Part shown: in pieces, positions 1-12,630 of the stretch | Numbering within the stretch: position 1 is the stretch's first letter | Layout of the letters: every line of letters begins with the position of its first letter | Source of the DNA: Octopus vulgaris | Lineage: Eukaryota | Assembly: GCA_951406725.2 (NCBI GenBank) | Contig: OX597830.1 | Coordinates: forward strand, 6,572,001-6,636,000 | Direction of reading: 5' to 3' | DNA length: 64,000 nt | Program-made: the position numbers and the translations under genes | Notes under the pieces: generated by a model | The model's database searches: none | The model's input: only the letters and a program-made list of their open reading frames with translations | What the model was told of the DNA's origin: nothing

Positions 1-30
1 TTATTATTATTATTATTATTATTATCATCA

Positions 31-61
<31 letters not shown>

Positions 62-66
62 CATCA

Positions 67-127
<61 letters not shown>

Positions 128-135
128 CATCATCA

Positions 136-178
<43 letters not shown>

Positions 179-186
179 CATCATCA

Positions 187-217
<31 letters not shown>

Positions 218-254
218 CATCATCATTATTATTATTATTATTATCATTATTATA

Positions 255-295
<41 letters not shown>

Positions 296-300
296 CATCA

Positions 301-370
<70 letters not shown>

Positions 371-375
371 CATCA

Positions 376-427
<52 letters not shown>

Positions 428-435
428 CATCATCA

Positions 436-496
<61 letters not shown>

Positions 497-503
497 CATA
501 ATC

Positions 504-547
<44 letters not shown>
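1..547. repeat. (ATT)n/(ATC)n microsatellite
   Basis: ATT run with interspersed ATC units. Confidence 0.98.
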
Positions 548-548
<1 letters not shown>

Positions 549-549
<1 letters not shown>

Positions 550-705
550 TCGTTCCAACTTTGCATTCTGAGCTCAAATACCGCCGTGGTCCATTTCGCC
601 TTTCAATTTTCCGGGATCGATAAAAATATGTACCAGTTCGATATTGAAATCTAGTAGAGCACATTCTCAAAAATTGCAGGCCCTGTGCCTATAATAGAAA
701 AGATC
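549..705 (+). mobile_element. SINE family B, 5'-truncated diverged copy
   Basis: Matches the ttctgagttcaaattccgccgaggtcgactttgcctttcatcc...gataaaataagtaccagt core seen about 12 times in the window. Confidence 0.75.
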
Positions 706-856
706 ATTATTATGTTGAGAGTGTACATGAATGTTTTACATTCGGAATCAATATCCTTGATTGAGGGCCACAATGAGGTCCCTTAGATACGGAGATCCTT
801 TCTTACAATCTTTGCTGTTCTCAATAACGCACATATCTGAATTAATGCAACACTTA

Positions 857-1146
857 TATTTCGTTTTGGGATTTGGTTTGCAAGATTCTTTATATGAGTT
901 CGTGTGTTGAATCATATTCTGTCGTGTCTGGGGAGAGTCATTTTCTTTTTGTGCCTTATAATATAACACATTCACCGGTAAAATTTCAAAAACTATTTCA
1001 AGAGTCAAAACTATTGAAAAGGTTGCAAGACGCAACGAAAATTTTAGGAAAATAAAAATAAGAAAAAAGTGGCAATTTTACCGGTGAATGTGTTATATTA
1101 TAAGGCGCAAAAAGGAAGTAACTCTCCTCAGACACAACAGCAATAC
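857..1146 (-). mobile_element. Fold-back element (PLE terminal-repeat derived); arms ~915-986 and ~1074-1146
   Basis: About 70-bp inverted arms; same family at 48533-48725; hammerhead-like motif at 1011-1047. Confidence 0.7.
1011..1047 (+). ncRNA. Minimal type I hammerhead-like motif, U3:A8 core variant
   Basis: cta-TTGAAAA-g-gttgc-aagac-gcaac-GAAA-at-TT-tag. Confidence 0.5.
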
Positions 1147-1225
1147 TTATAGTTACATTAATTTCAATGAGCGAACTGTTAAGTATTTTGGTAACGCTAC
1201 TTAGGTACCTATTATTATTATTATT

Positions 1226-1672
1226 TTGGCTTGGCTCAGATTTGGTCTTATCCCTGGTAGGAATTGAGTGGGTAGCGGGTTACTACCTGTAAGCTTAGAT
1301 ATCCACAAGTTCTCAGAAACTTTCAAGTGCTTAGATCCCTCCTGACAATCCTTGCTGTCCCTAAAGGACAGACTTTCTATAGGAGCTTTTCGGGGCATTC
1401 TATTTCAATCTCCTTTAGCCGTCTGATTATATCTTGGCTTATTGTTCCCAATGCACCGATTATTATAGGCATGACTTTTACAGCTCGAATGTTCCAAATT
1501 CTTCTTAATTCAAGCATTAAAGGATTGTATTTTGCTTCTTCCTCTTTCTTTACGATCCTGGAATCAAATAGGCATGATGTGTCGGTAAGCAACTTCGTTT
1601 TTCTTTATCTATGATGGTAATATCTGGTCTATTGTTTTCAAATTTCTTGTCCATTTGAATTGGAAATTCCCA
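1226..1672 (-). mobile_element. R4/Dong-like non-LTR retrotransposon 3' fragment (RLE domain + 3'UTR)
   Basis: Translates with disruptions to WEFPIQMDKKFENNRPD...KYNPLMLELRRIWNIRAVKVMPIIIGALG...LGTARIVRR; 3' end abuts (TAA)n. Confidence 0.85.
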
Positions 1673-1892
1673 TCATCATTATCATCATCATCATTATCAT
1701 CATCACTATCACCACCAACACCATCATTATCATCATCATAACCATCATTAGCATCATCATCACATCATTATCATCATCATCGTCATCGTCATCATTGTCA
1801 TCATTAAATGTATAGAGAAATGTGAAGTCTGAGAATATTATGCATAAGAAAAAATATCACCGTAATTAAATAGGTTCACCCTATTTAGTCGT

Positions 1893-2087
1893 TCTTCCTG
1901 CTGAAAATGGTAACCAAGTCTCTCTGAAATTGCACCAATCCGTCTTCAAAATGGAACGGCACATTACATAACATAATCCTATATATGTTGATGTTGAAGG
2001 AATAAAGAGTCCGGGTGGTCACGACTGGAATTTGTTTGATCTTAGATCTTCTCAATTATGGCTGACATCGGGTTAAGCAATAACAAC
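1893..2087 (+). mobile_element. Probable SINE/LINE 3' tail fragment ending in (CAA)-rich repeat (duplicated at ~3283-3478)
   Basis: ggtcacgactggaatttgtttgatc...ggctgacatcgggttaagcaataacaac resembles an RTE-type 3' tail. Confidence 0.45.
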
Positions 2088-2150
2088 AAAAATAATTTTA
2101 AAAAACAAACAGTAACAAGTACGAAGAAATAAAGTTGAAGAAAAATAAAT

Positions 2151-2240
2151 GATGAGAAGAAGAAGCAGAAGAAGAAGAAGAAGAAGAAGAAGAAGCAGAA
2201 GAAGAAGCAGAAGAAGAAGAATAAGAAGAAGAAGAAGAAG

Positions 2241-2271
<31 letters not shown>

Positions 2272-2315
2272 AGAACAAGAAGAACAAGAAGAACAAGGAG
2301 GAGGAGGAGGAGGGG
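2151..2315. repeat. Compound (AAG)n(AAC)n(GAG)n microsatellite (copy at ~3542-3705)
   Basis: Direct reading. Confidence 0.95.
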
Positions 2316-2699
2316 GAGGATTAAAGTGATGCTGTTAATGAAAATAGAAAATTTTTTTAAATATTTAGAAACCAAGAATGAAGAAACAGGAAGGAAGAAA
2401 TGAAAAGATGAAAAGAGGAAAAGAAGAAAAAGAAGAAAAAAGAGGAAAAAGAAGGAAAGAATTAGCCAAATTTGTTCTTTATAATTAATTTCATTTTGAA
2501 AAACAATGACAAATTAATCGATCTGAAGTTGTGCGTTTATTTTAATTTTCTCTAATCATTAATACCATTATCATTATAGTAATTATAAAATGTTATTCCC
2601 TTCCGCCATCATAACCATTACGAGGAATGCCATGAACATCAACAAGACCAATACCACCACCACCACCACCAACACTACCATCGCTAACAACAATTACAA

Positions 2700-3048
2700 C
2701 AAGTGCTTAGATCGCTCCTGACAATCCTTGCTGTCCCTAAGGGACAGACTTTCTATAGGAGCTTTTCGGGGCATTCTATTTCAATCTCCTTTAGCCGTCT
2801 GATTATATCTTGGCTTATTGTTCCCAATGCACCGATTATTATAGGCATGACTTTTACAGCTCGAATGTTCCAAATTCTTCTTAATTCAAGCATTAAAGGA
2901 TTGTATTTTGCTTCTTCCTCTTTCTTTACGATCCTGGAATCAAATAGGCATGATGTGTCGGTAAGCAACTTCGTTTTTCCTTATCTATGATGATAATATC
3001 TGGTCTATTGTTTTCAAATTTCTTGTCCATTTGAATTGGAAATTCCCA
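2700..3048 (-). mobile_element. Duplicated RLE fragment lacking its 3'UTR
   Basis: Same peptide as 1377-1592; created by the tandem duplication. Confidence 0.85.
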
Positions 3049-3631
3049 TCATCATTATCATCATCATCATTATCATCATCATCATTATCATCATCACTAT
3101 CACCACCAACACCATCATTATCATCATCATAACCATCATCAGCATCATTATCACATCATTATCATCATCATCGTCATCGTCATCATTGTCATCATTAAAT
3201 GTATAGAGAAATGTGAAGTCTGAGAATATTATGCATAAGAAAAAATATCACCGTAATCAAATAGGTTCACCCTATTTAGTCGTTCTTCCTGCTGAAAATG
3301 GTAACCAAGTCTCTCTGAAATTGCACCAATCCGTCTTCAAAATGGAACGGCACATTACATAACATAATCCTATATATGTTGATGTTGAAGGAATAAAGAG
3401 TCCGGGTGGTCACGACTGGAATTTGTTTGATCTTAGATCTTCTCAATTATGGCTGACATCGGGTTAAGCAATAACAACAAAAATAATTTTAAAAAACAAA
3501 CAGTAACAAGTACGAAGAAATAAAGTTGAAGAAAAATAAATGATGAGAAGAAGAAGCAGAAGAAGAAGAAGAAGAAGAAGAAGAAGCAGAAGAAGAAGCA
3601 GAAGAAGAAGAATAAGAAGAAGAAGAAGAAG

Positions 3632-3662
<31 letters not shown>

Positions 3663-4509
3663 AGAACAACAAGAACAAGAAGAACAAGGAGGAGGAGGAG
3701 GGGGAGGATTAAAGTGATGCTGTTAATGAAAATAGAAAATTTTTTTAAATATTTAGAAACCAAGAATGAAGAAACAGGAAGGAAGAAATGAAAAGATGAA
3801 AAGAGGAAAAGAAGAAAAAGAAGAAAAAGAGGAAAAAGAAGGAAAGAATTAGCCAAATTTGTTCTTTATAATTAATTTCATTTTGAAAAACAATGACAAA
3901 TTAATCGATCTGAAGTTGTGCGTTTATTTTAATTTTCTCTATCATTAATACCATTATCATTATAGTAATTATAAAATGTTATTCCCTTCCGCCATCATAA
4001 CCATTACGAGGAATGCCATGAACATCAACAAGACCAATACCACCACCACCACCACCAACACTACCATCGCTAACAACAATTACAACAACAACGACACACA
4101 GCAACAAGAGCGCCATGAATTTTTTTTTCTTTCTAAATCTTGTTTGTACACGAGTTTTATAATCAGCATAAAGTTCTATTTAGCAACTAATGCTGTAAAA
4201 CTAAACACTGTACATGGTGTTTTACACTCATTTTACTTGATTTCTCTCCTTTTTTTTATTTCTTCTTCTTCTTCTTCTTCTTCTTCTTCTTCTTCTCCTC
4301 CTCCTCCTTGCTGCTGGTGTTGTTTGTGGTCGGAGAAAGACGTAGGACTGGTTAGGGGCGTGTTGTTTTAGTTTTTAATTTAATTTAAAATTATTTTAAA
4401 GTTTAGTTAAATTTCATCTTCTCTATTATATTTTTAGCAAATATTTTTTTTCCTTCGTGATATTTTTATCACAGTTTTTTTTTTACAATTTCTCAAGTAT
4501 CCTAACTAG

Positions 4510-4873
<364 letters not shown>

Positions 4874-5206
4874 TTATTTCCCGGAGCTCTCGGTCTTTTT
4901 TGCTCTGCTTGATTCTATGAGAGCCGACAACAACCTGTTGTAAGAGGTCTCTTCCGCAAATTATAAGCTTTGGTACTTGGATGTTAACGTATCGTAGGAG
5001 ACACTCAACACTCAACACCCAAGTACCTCTCTCAAAATCTTAGCCGTCCCCCATAGAGCAGATTTTGAGGCCTGCTCTGCCTTCATGTAAATTCCAATTT
5101 CTCCGACATATTTTTCCAACCTGGCTGTAGTGCTCCGATTGCAATTAAAACTACTGAGATAAAAATACCCTCTTCTTAGCACACATTCATGCAATTTCGT
5201 CTTTTC
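4874..5206 (-). mobile_element. R4/Dong-like RLE 3' fragment, subfamily 2
   Basis: ...LEKYVGEIGI...SKSALWGTAKILREVLGC stop, then a distinct 3'UTR and (TAA)n. Confidence 0.75.
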
Positions 5207-5217
5207 ATTATTATTAT

Positions 5218-5580
5218 TTTTTTAAACTTATAATCTGCATGTTTGTTACAATCACTCTTCGGAACACATTTAGCATCCTAGGGCGAGTGAAAGATAAGAG
5301 ATGTTACACTATGACTGGGAACTTGGTGAGAAGGCGTGGTAGTGGCCACAGGGAATTATCTTCATGTAATACAACACAGACATTTTAATGGATAGGGTTT
5401 TTTCTAAGGGTGTGGGCAGTACTTGTCAGCACAAACTTTTGGATTTCTCTGAGACATGGTTCTCCCGGGATCTTATCTGGTTGTTTCTGACATTCCTTTC
5501 GTATTATTAGTAGGGCACCTACAATAACAGGAACATTTCCCAATTTATGTTCCTGCACAAACATTCCCATAATATCTTAA
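5218..5580 (-). mobile_element. R4/Dong-like RLE 3' fragment, subfamily 3
   Basis: VPVIVGAL...DKIPGEPCLREIQKFVLTSTAHTLRK, then 3'UTR and short (TAA)n at 5207-5217. Confidence 0.8.
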
Positions 5581-5699
5581 CTTCCATTAATTTTAACTTT
5601 TAAATTTTTTATATTTTTCATTTTAACTTTTTAATTGTGTGAGTGTATGTATGTGCGTATTTGTATATATATTATAAGTATGTGTGTTATTATTATTAT

Positions 5700-6270
5700 G
5701 TTTGATGTTTGGTTTGTATTTGTACAAGTTGGCTCCAAGTCTCACCGAAATACCTCAAGAGACAACAAGTTAGAAGTTTATGTTGCTGTTAGGGGTAGGG
5801 TGTCATATATTTGGTTTTGAACGAAGTATTGTTCTAGAGAATGTTTAAGAAAACAAGAAAATTCTAAGTTTGTATTAAAATTTGAGAGTACATAGACAAT
5901 ATTTTACGTAAGCTATGGGCAGTTCCCATGAGCGCTATCTTTTGAATTTCTGCCATTTTGGGGTTTCCTGGTATCTAAGCTACGTAGAAATCAGTCCCTT
6001 TTGCAATCATTCCTAGGGCAACTATTACAACAGGTATTGTTTTAGTCTTGAGGCTCCACATTTTGCCAGTTTCTATCTCAAGATCTTTATATTTGCTCAG
6101 TTTTTGGTAGGTCTTGACAGATACGTTTATGTCGATTGGGACAGTCGTATCAATGAGGAGGCATGAGTTTTGTCTGAAGTCTTTTAATATAATGTATGGC
6201 CTATTCGCATCTATCTTTCTGACAGTTTGAATGGTGATGTTCTAGAGGAGTGAGATGTGATCATTTTCAT
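5700..6270 (-). mobile_element. R4/Dong-like RLE 3' fragment, subfamily 4
   Basis: Manual translation TIQTVRKIDANRPYIILKD...KLSKYKDLEIETGKMWSLKTKTIPVVIVALG...EIQKIALMGTAHSLRKILS with stops; 3'UTR ends at (TAA)n. Confidence 0.85.
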
Positions 6271-6308
6271 TATTATTATTATCATTATTATTATTATTAT
6301 TATTATTA

Positions 6309-6360
<52 letters not shown>

Positions 6361-6437
6361 CATTATTATTATTATTATTATTATCATTATTATTATTATC
6401 ATTATTATTAATATTAATATTATTATCATTATTATTA

Positions 6438-6481
<44 letters not shown>

Positions 6482-6506
6482 GTTGTTGTTGTTGTTGTTG
6501 TTATTA
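6270..6506. repeat. (ATT)n/(GTT)n microsatellite
   Basis: Direct reading. Confidence 0.97.
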
Positions 6507-6768
6507 TCGAGTGAGAGAGCAGTGAATGCCATCAAAGTGACACTGGGGTAAAATATACGAAACCCATTATACCCATCATGACTACTCGTCTGATAAGAGT
6601 ACACCAGGCACATGCATCACAACCATATATGCTCGACATGGTGATCTCATATCAAGATGATCAGCGCATGATCTTGCAGGTGTAGCTCAGAATATTATTC
6701 AGGCTGAGTAGCTCAAAATTTCCCTGAATAAGGGTGTTTAAGGATGTTGAACGAAACACCCATGTTTC
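6507..6768 (-). mobile_element. (TAA)n-anchored non-coding retroelement family D, 3' part
   Basis: Homologous to 50830-51290 and overlaps 38064-38409; end abuts (TAA)n. Confidence 0.75.
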
Positions 6769-6930
6769 ACTCCACACTTTATAATAACTCTCATCTTCAA
6801 ATCCGGTTTTCTTTCACCTCGGTTCCAAAAGATATTTTCTGTGGAACTCTGAAGTGCCACCTTCATAGAAGAAACATATAGAACTGTATTTCGCGCCCTG
6901 AATTCATATATATATATATGTATATATATG

Positions 6931-7331
6931 GCAAGAAAAAAATGGAGGGAATCTAGAGGTAGTATTCATCAGTTGTTAGACATTATAATATGTCTATTTA
7001 TTTATTTTAAACTTCTCTTCTTTCTCTATTCTAGAAATTACTAATACTTTACATATGTATTCATATATTTTCTGAACTGCTTAAAATAAATAGACTTATT
7101 ATAATGTCCAACAACTGATGAATACTACCTCTGGACTCCCTCCATTTTCGTCTTGCAGTATAAATTAAGTGTAAAACCACTTATTACCCTCGGCTAATTA
7201 TTACTCTCAGTAGGGTAATTGCTTGCCACGCAGTAACCAACACTTGTGTATCAATTAGTCATGCTACCAGCAGTATATTGTATAGATACTATCCCTCAGT
7301 TGGTTGGATTCCCAACCTCAAACTCTGCTTG

Positions 7332-7334
<3 letters not shown>
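6931..7334 (+). mobile_element. Fold-back element in (TA)n; arms 6931-7003 and 7083-7156, tail to 7334
   Basis: About 73-bp inverted arms; (TA)n on both sides. Confidence 0.8.
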
Positions 7335-7379
<45 letters not shown>

Positions 7380-7441
7380 TGACAGAATGAGATAAAAAAA
7401 CAAGACAGTAAATAGGTTTCAATACATTTATCAAGAAAAAG

Positions 7442-7487
7442 GTCTTACAGCTGTTTCAGGGTTATTATGTATCCCTTCATCAGAGAC
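7442..7487 (-). ncRNA. Minimal type I hammerhead ribozyme motif
   Basis: gtct-CTGATGA-aggg(atacataataa)ccct-GAAA-cagctg-TA-agac; palindromic stem III. Confidence 0.8.
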
Positions 7488-7744
7488 GGTGCGACAAAAT
7501 GCTTGAGTATTAATCATTGTAGAGAAGATATGAAATACAGAAGGAAGTAATAGAATGAATATAAAACATACCAGGTTCAAGAAAATTTCTTCACCCCCAA
7601 TATTTTTCCACCACTTATGTACACCATTCTACTTGAATAATGTAACTTCAAATACAATATCTCACTTCTATGTTCATTCTCTTACTTCCTTCTATATTTC
7701 ATATCTTCTCTACAATAATTAATACTTAAACATTTTTTCGCACC

Positions 7745-7792
7745 GTCTCTGATGAAGGAATATATAAAATATCCCGGAAACAGCTGTAAGAC
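7745..7792 (+). ncRNA. Minimal type I hammerhead ribozyme motif
   Basis: gtct-CTGATGA-aggaatat..atatcccg-GAAA-cagctg-TA-agac. Confidence 0.75.
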
Positions 7793-8288
7793 CTTTTTCT
7801 TGATAAATATTATGAAATCTATTTACTGCCTTGGTTTTTTTAATCTCATTCTGACAATTTATATAAATTCATGACCCACGTTGGACTCCTCACTCGTATC
7901 ATTAGCGAGCCCAGAGTTTAACCATGGTCTATCCATAGAACTTACTTAGCGTTTACCCGATACCTTTTGGGTCTTCCTGACACCAATACCTTTCATACTT
8001 GAGATGTATATATATATATATCCAAAAGGAGGGAACGAAGAAGTCAAGATTCAAGCTACACATGCTTCCTAGCTAGCAGATACTCCGATGTAACAATTGC
8101 TCAACGTGAATACTCATCCAGATACTCACCAGGCCGAGGACACCTTAGTTATATGAATGTTACATTGTCGTTAAGAAATCCCAAATGAATTCGCCAAAAA
8201 TATAATTTTAAATAAAGTTACACACTTCCTACACTTAGATCGCTAGGTTTTAAAATTACATACAAACACCTCACACACCACCACACAC

Positions 8289-8323
<35 letters not shown>

Positions 8324-8407
8324 TATATATATATATATATATATATACATGGATAATGTATATTATATGTATGTATATATATATATACACGTTACATGTA
8401 TACACAT

Positions 8408-8470
<63 letters not shown>

Positions 8471-8672
8471 CACACGAGCGTTCACACATCGTTTCGTGTC
8501 TATTACCATTAAGCACAATACACAATAGAATTCAATGAAACGTGATATAAGCAACACCTTTCCATTCGTTCGGTGTTCTTCATTCTGCTTTCTTTCACTG
8601 CATTTCCTCATGCTCTTGTGGCCTTTTCTTCACTCTGTGATATAGCTTTTAATTTATAGTGCTCTCTGAACT

Positions 8673-9062
<390 letters not shown>

Positions 9063-9432
9063 CGCATATAAATCTATTGTGGTTGTTTTTGTATCTGTGG
9101 TTATTGTTACTGTGGCACCCTCCACTACTGTAGCTAAATTTGCCATGGTCGTTTCGATTTCACAATCAACGGCTAAAATGTTCAAGCTGGACTCCCAGGA
9201 CAGCAATTTGACAGTTTAATACAGTGACTGCTTTGTAATACACAAACACACTCATGTAGTCACAACAACAAACAAAAAGTTCAGGAAAACGCGTCGTCAT
9301 TTTCATGCTTTTAAATATTTATAATACTCACAACGTATCAATTGTCCAACTGGAACTCTGAATTTCCACATGCACTAAGACACTCGTTTTCTTTGTACAG
9401 AAACAAAAGGAATCCACCTATGTTTTGTGTGT

Positions 9433-9435
<3 letters not shown>

Positions 9436-9493
<58 letters not shown>

Positions 9494-9692
9494 TGTGTGA
9501 GTGTCTCTGTATTTGTACCCCCACCATTGCTTGTCAACTGATGTTTCTGTGTTTAAGCTCCCATAACCTAGAGGTTCGGCAAAAGCCACTGACAGAATAA
9601 ATACTCGGCTTACAAAGAATAAAGCCTTTAGCCGATTTGCTCGTGCAACGGCGGTACTGCAGCATGGCCGCAGTCATAAGACTGAAACAAAT
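9436..9692 (+). mobile_element. SINE family A, 3' half
   Basis: Matches 10500-10700. Confidence 0.8.
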
Positions 9693-10287
9693 ATAACAAT
9701 CAAAAACTATACCATTTACTCACGAGCAAGGCCGGGTATCTCTGATAGTATATATATATATATACATAGAAACATAAGCCGAAATATTGTTATATAAAAT
9801 ATAGAGGGTGCAAAGGGCTTTATTAGCAGGACACTCTGAGCGAGGGAATATGAATGAAAGAGAGCTGTTTCTAGATTGTGGGGTCATTCTCAAGGTAATA
9901 GTTGTCACCAATAACTTTAGTATGTACTCATCATTAAGAATCTAGTCGAAACGGCAAAATTAACTTGAAATTTTAATTAAGCAGTTCGTGTCTGTGAATC
10001 TAATTTGTACCTAGGAATTTAATGTTAATGTTCGTTTCCGTAATTAAATGTCCTATAAATTCGTTGAAAATCAGTATAGCTAATTAAGTATTTAATGATT
10101 ATTTGTAATAAGGCATATGGGAAGTTGATGTAAAATTTATAAACCAAGAATAGTTAAACTGGTTATCGATAAATAGTTCGTGAAGTTCAATCTGAAAAAA
10201 ATCCAATTTGTTTACAGGTACATGTATTTTAGCTGTACCTAAACGTTTCCTAGTATTAAGGGTGCAGATTTCACTTCGTGACAAATT

Positions 10288-10710
10288 AGGAGTGGCTGTG
10301 TGGTAAGTAGCTTGCTTCCCAACTACATGGTTCCGGGTTCAGTCACACTGCGTGGCACCTTAGGCAACTGTCTTCTACTATAACCTCGGTCGATCAAAGC
10401 CTTGTGAGTGGATTTGGTAGACGGAAACTGAAAGAAGCCCGTCGTATATATGTATATGTATATGTATATATATGTGTATGTGTGTTTGTGTTTGTGTTTG
10501 TTCCCCCCTCCCCAACATCGCTTGACAACCGATGCTGGTGTGTTTATGTCTCCGTAACTTAGCGGTTCGGCAAAAAGAGACCGATAGAATAAGTACAAAG
10601 CTTACAAAGAGTAAGTCCTGGGGTCGATTTCATCGACTAAAGGTGGTGCTCTAGCATGACCACATTCAAATGACTGAAACAAGTAAAAGAGTAAAAGAGT
10701 AAAAGAGTAA
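10288..10710 (+). mobile_element. SINE family A, near full length (tRNA-derived head, internal (TA)/(TG) tract, (GAGTAAAA)n tail)
   Basis: A-box tggctgtgtgg and B-box-like ggttcagtc; about 17 copies in the window. Confidence 0.92.
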
Positions 10711-10849
10711 ATAGACAAATAAATAAGTATTTGGGAATTTTCGGCTGATGTTATTTTACAAATATTTGTAAGAATCAATAATCAATAATATTTTGCTATC
10801 ATTTCAGAGTTCAATTTGTTTGAATTGAAATAGTTTAAAGTTTCTTTTT

Positions 10850-11178
10850 GATAAAGTGATAGTATGTTGTCAACTTAATGTGACAGTCCCATAAAAGGGG
10901 AGAATACTACTGTTATTTAACCCTAGGAAGCACCGTTTCCTGTTGGACTTGACACATTTCCTGTGTCCTTATGCTACTCCAGACTGATAATGAGCTATGA
11001 CTCTCTCTGGATGCTGGCTTTGCTACGTGGTGGTGTTTGTCTCCACTTTGAAAACATAAGGACGCAGGAAATGTGTCAAGTCCAATAGGAAACGATGTTT
11101 CCTAGGGTTAAATAACAGTAGCATTCTTCCCTTTCATGGGACTGTCGCATTAAGTTGACAGCATGCTATCACTTTATC
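10850..11178. mobile_element. Fold-back or MITE-like element; arms 10850-10973 and 11055-11178
   Basis: About 124-bp inverted arms with an 81-bp spacer; no (TA)n flank and no obvious TSD. Confidence 0.75.
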
Positions 11179-12134
11179 GTGCTGCTACTGCATATATCTC
11201 TCTGAGAAGTTTAGAACTGTATTATTTCTTTCCTTTTGCTGTTCGAATAGTCCTGTTATATTCCCATAGATTTCAAATAGATCTTTCTTATGTCTATCAG
11301 GAATACCAAACCAGCATCAGTACTCTCATATATAGGGGTCGTTACTGATGAATCATATTTTTTATATTCATTGTTTACGTATGAATATTTTCATGACAAC
11401 ATATCATTTGATCAAACCATCTTAGAAGATCGTTAGAATGAGATAACTCTATTGCCAACGGTAATAATTATTCCTTCGATCCAACACGGTCCATTCGTTT
11501 GAACACCGGAGTCAATAATTCACTTCGTCTTTACTCAAGGTTTCTCGTTACAAACGATTCTTCTACAAAGAAAAAAAATAACTGGATGAGACTACGTAAG
11601 AGGGAATACACGGAATCAGTCTACTTTTATTAGTTTGGATCAGGTAATGGTGTGAAGGAGATGATGTTAGAGTTTCTAGAAACTTTAACAGAGCAATCTA
11701 ATTTTTACAAGTGATATACATTCGTCGCCAGTGTGTTTGTTGAGATGAGTGGTTGAGTAGAAGAATGAAAATGTGTTCGTTGTGTTGCGTGAGGAAATAA
11801 CTGACAGCACCCGCAAACATTCAACAAAATATTTTATCGTCACACATAGGGTTAAACGGTGTTGGTATTTTAAAAACAACAACAGCAATGATTTAATACT
11901 GGGCGAAAAATACAACTTGAAGTTTGCGGCAAGTTTACTCATATAGCAACATGTAGCTTGCCCAATATAACTGGAAACAATTGGGATATATTCGTATTGA
12001 CAGAGATTCCTGTCGTCTGGCTGTGACAAGACTGGAGACGCCTCGCACAGCTGCCTCAACAGTTTGCAATTTGAGTTAAGCGATTCCCCAGGTTGTCTGA
12101 GTTGAATCATATCGTATCATATCAGCCGCTTTCT

Positions 12135-12300
12135 AACACTATGTAATTAATTGCCGCCAAAAACGGTCTTTTATAGAGCACACGTGAAAGACCTTTGAAG
12201 CTGGATCTTTGTCGCTGATTGATTTCTTGATAGGCCGATCACGTGAAACTATTGAAACATAGTCGTGGTGTCTGACAGGCCAGCCAGTCGTGCGGTTTCG
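12135..12300 (-). promoter_or_regulatory. Candidate TATA-containing Pol II promoter
   Basis: TATAAAA on the minus strand at 12169-12175; two CACGTGAAA E-boxes (12181, 12240); CTTTGAAG TCF-like site; lies in a ~1-kb repeat-free island. Confidence 0.3.
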
Positions 12301-12596
12301 AATCAATACTATGCATTCTTTTAATCAGAAGCATAGAAAACCCTGAGTGTCAATGGCTCTGTCAGATATCACGACAAAATAAGAATAAAATTAATTTGAG
12401 ATATAATTCAGTTAGATAGCCTAATTAAAATAGGCGCAGACGTAAGAATAACTCCATACGATGCAGTACTAAGTGTCCCTCGCATGTCTCTTTCTATCTT
12501 TCTTTCTCTTTTACTATCCATCTATACGTGTCTATCTAGCGAAATATACATGGGGAGAGAGAAAGACAGAGAAAGACAGAGAAAAATACAGAGATT

Positions 12597-12630
<34 letters not shown>

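Larger units (their letters stand above)
1324..4086. repeat. ~1.38-kb tandem duplication (1324-2699 and 2700-4086)
   Basis: Near-identical units differing by a few SNPs and microsatellite length; paired ORFs in the track. Confidence 0.95.
7371..8005 (+). mobile_element. Fold-back element in (TA)n with a hammerhead in each arm; arms ~7371-7563 and ~7670-7865
   Basis: About 190-bp inverted arms, one-sided 140-bp tail, (TA)n flanks. Confidence 0.88.

Noticed and set aside
7114-7125. CTGATGA inside the 6931-7156 fold-back as a hammerhead
   Set aside because: No stem II or GAAA follows at a suitable distance.
10288-10360. SINE heads as functional tRNA genes
   Set aside because: They have A/B boxes but no closed cloverleaf and continue into SINE bodies.
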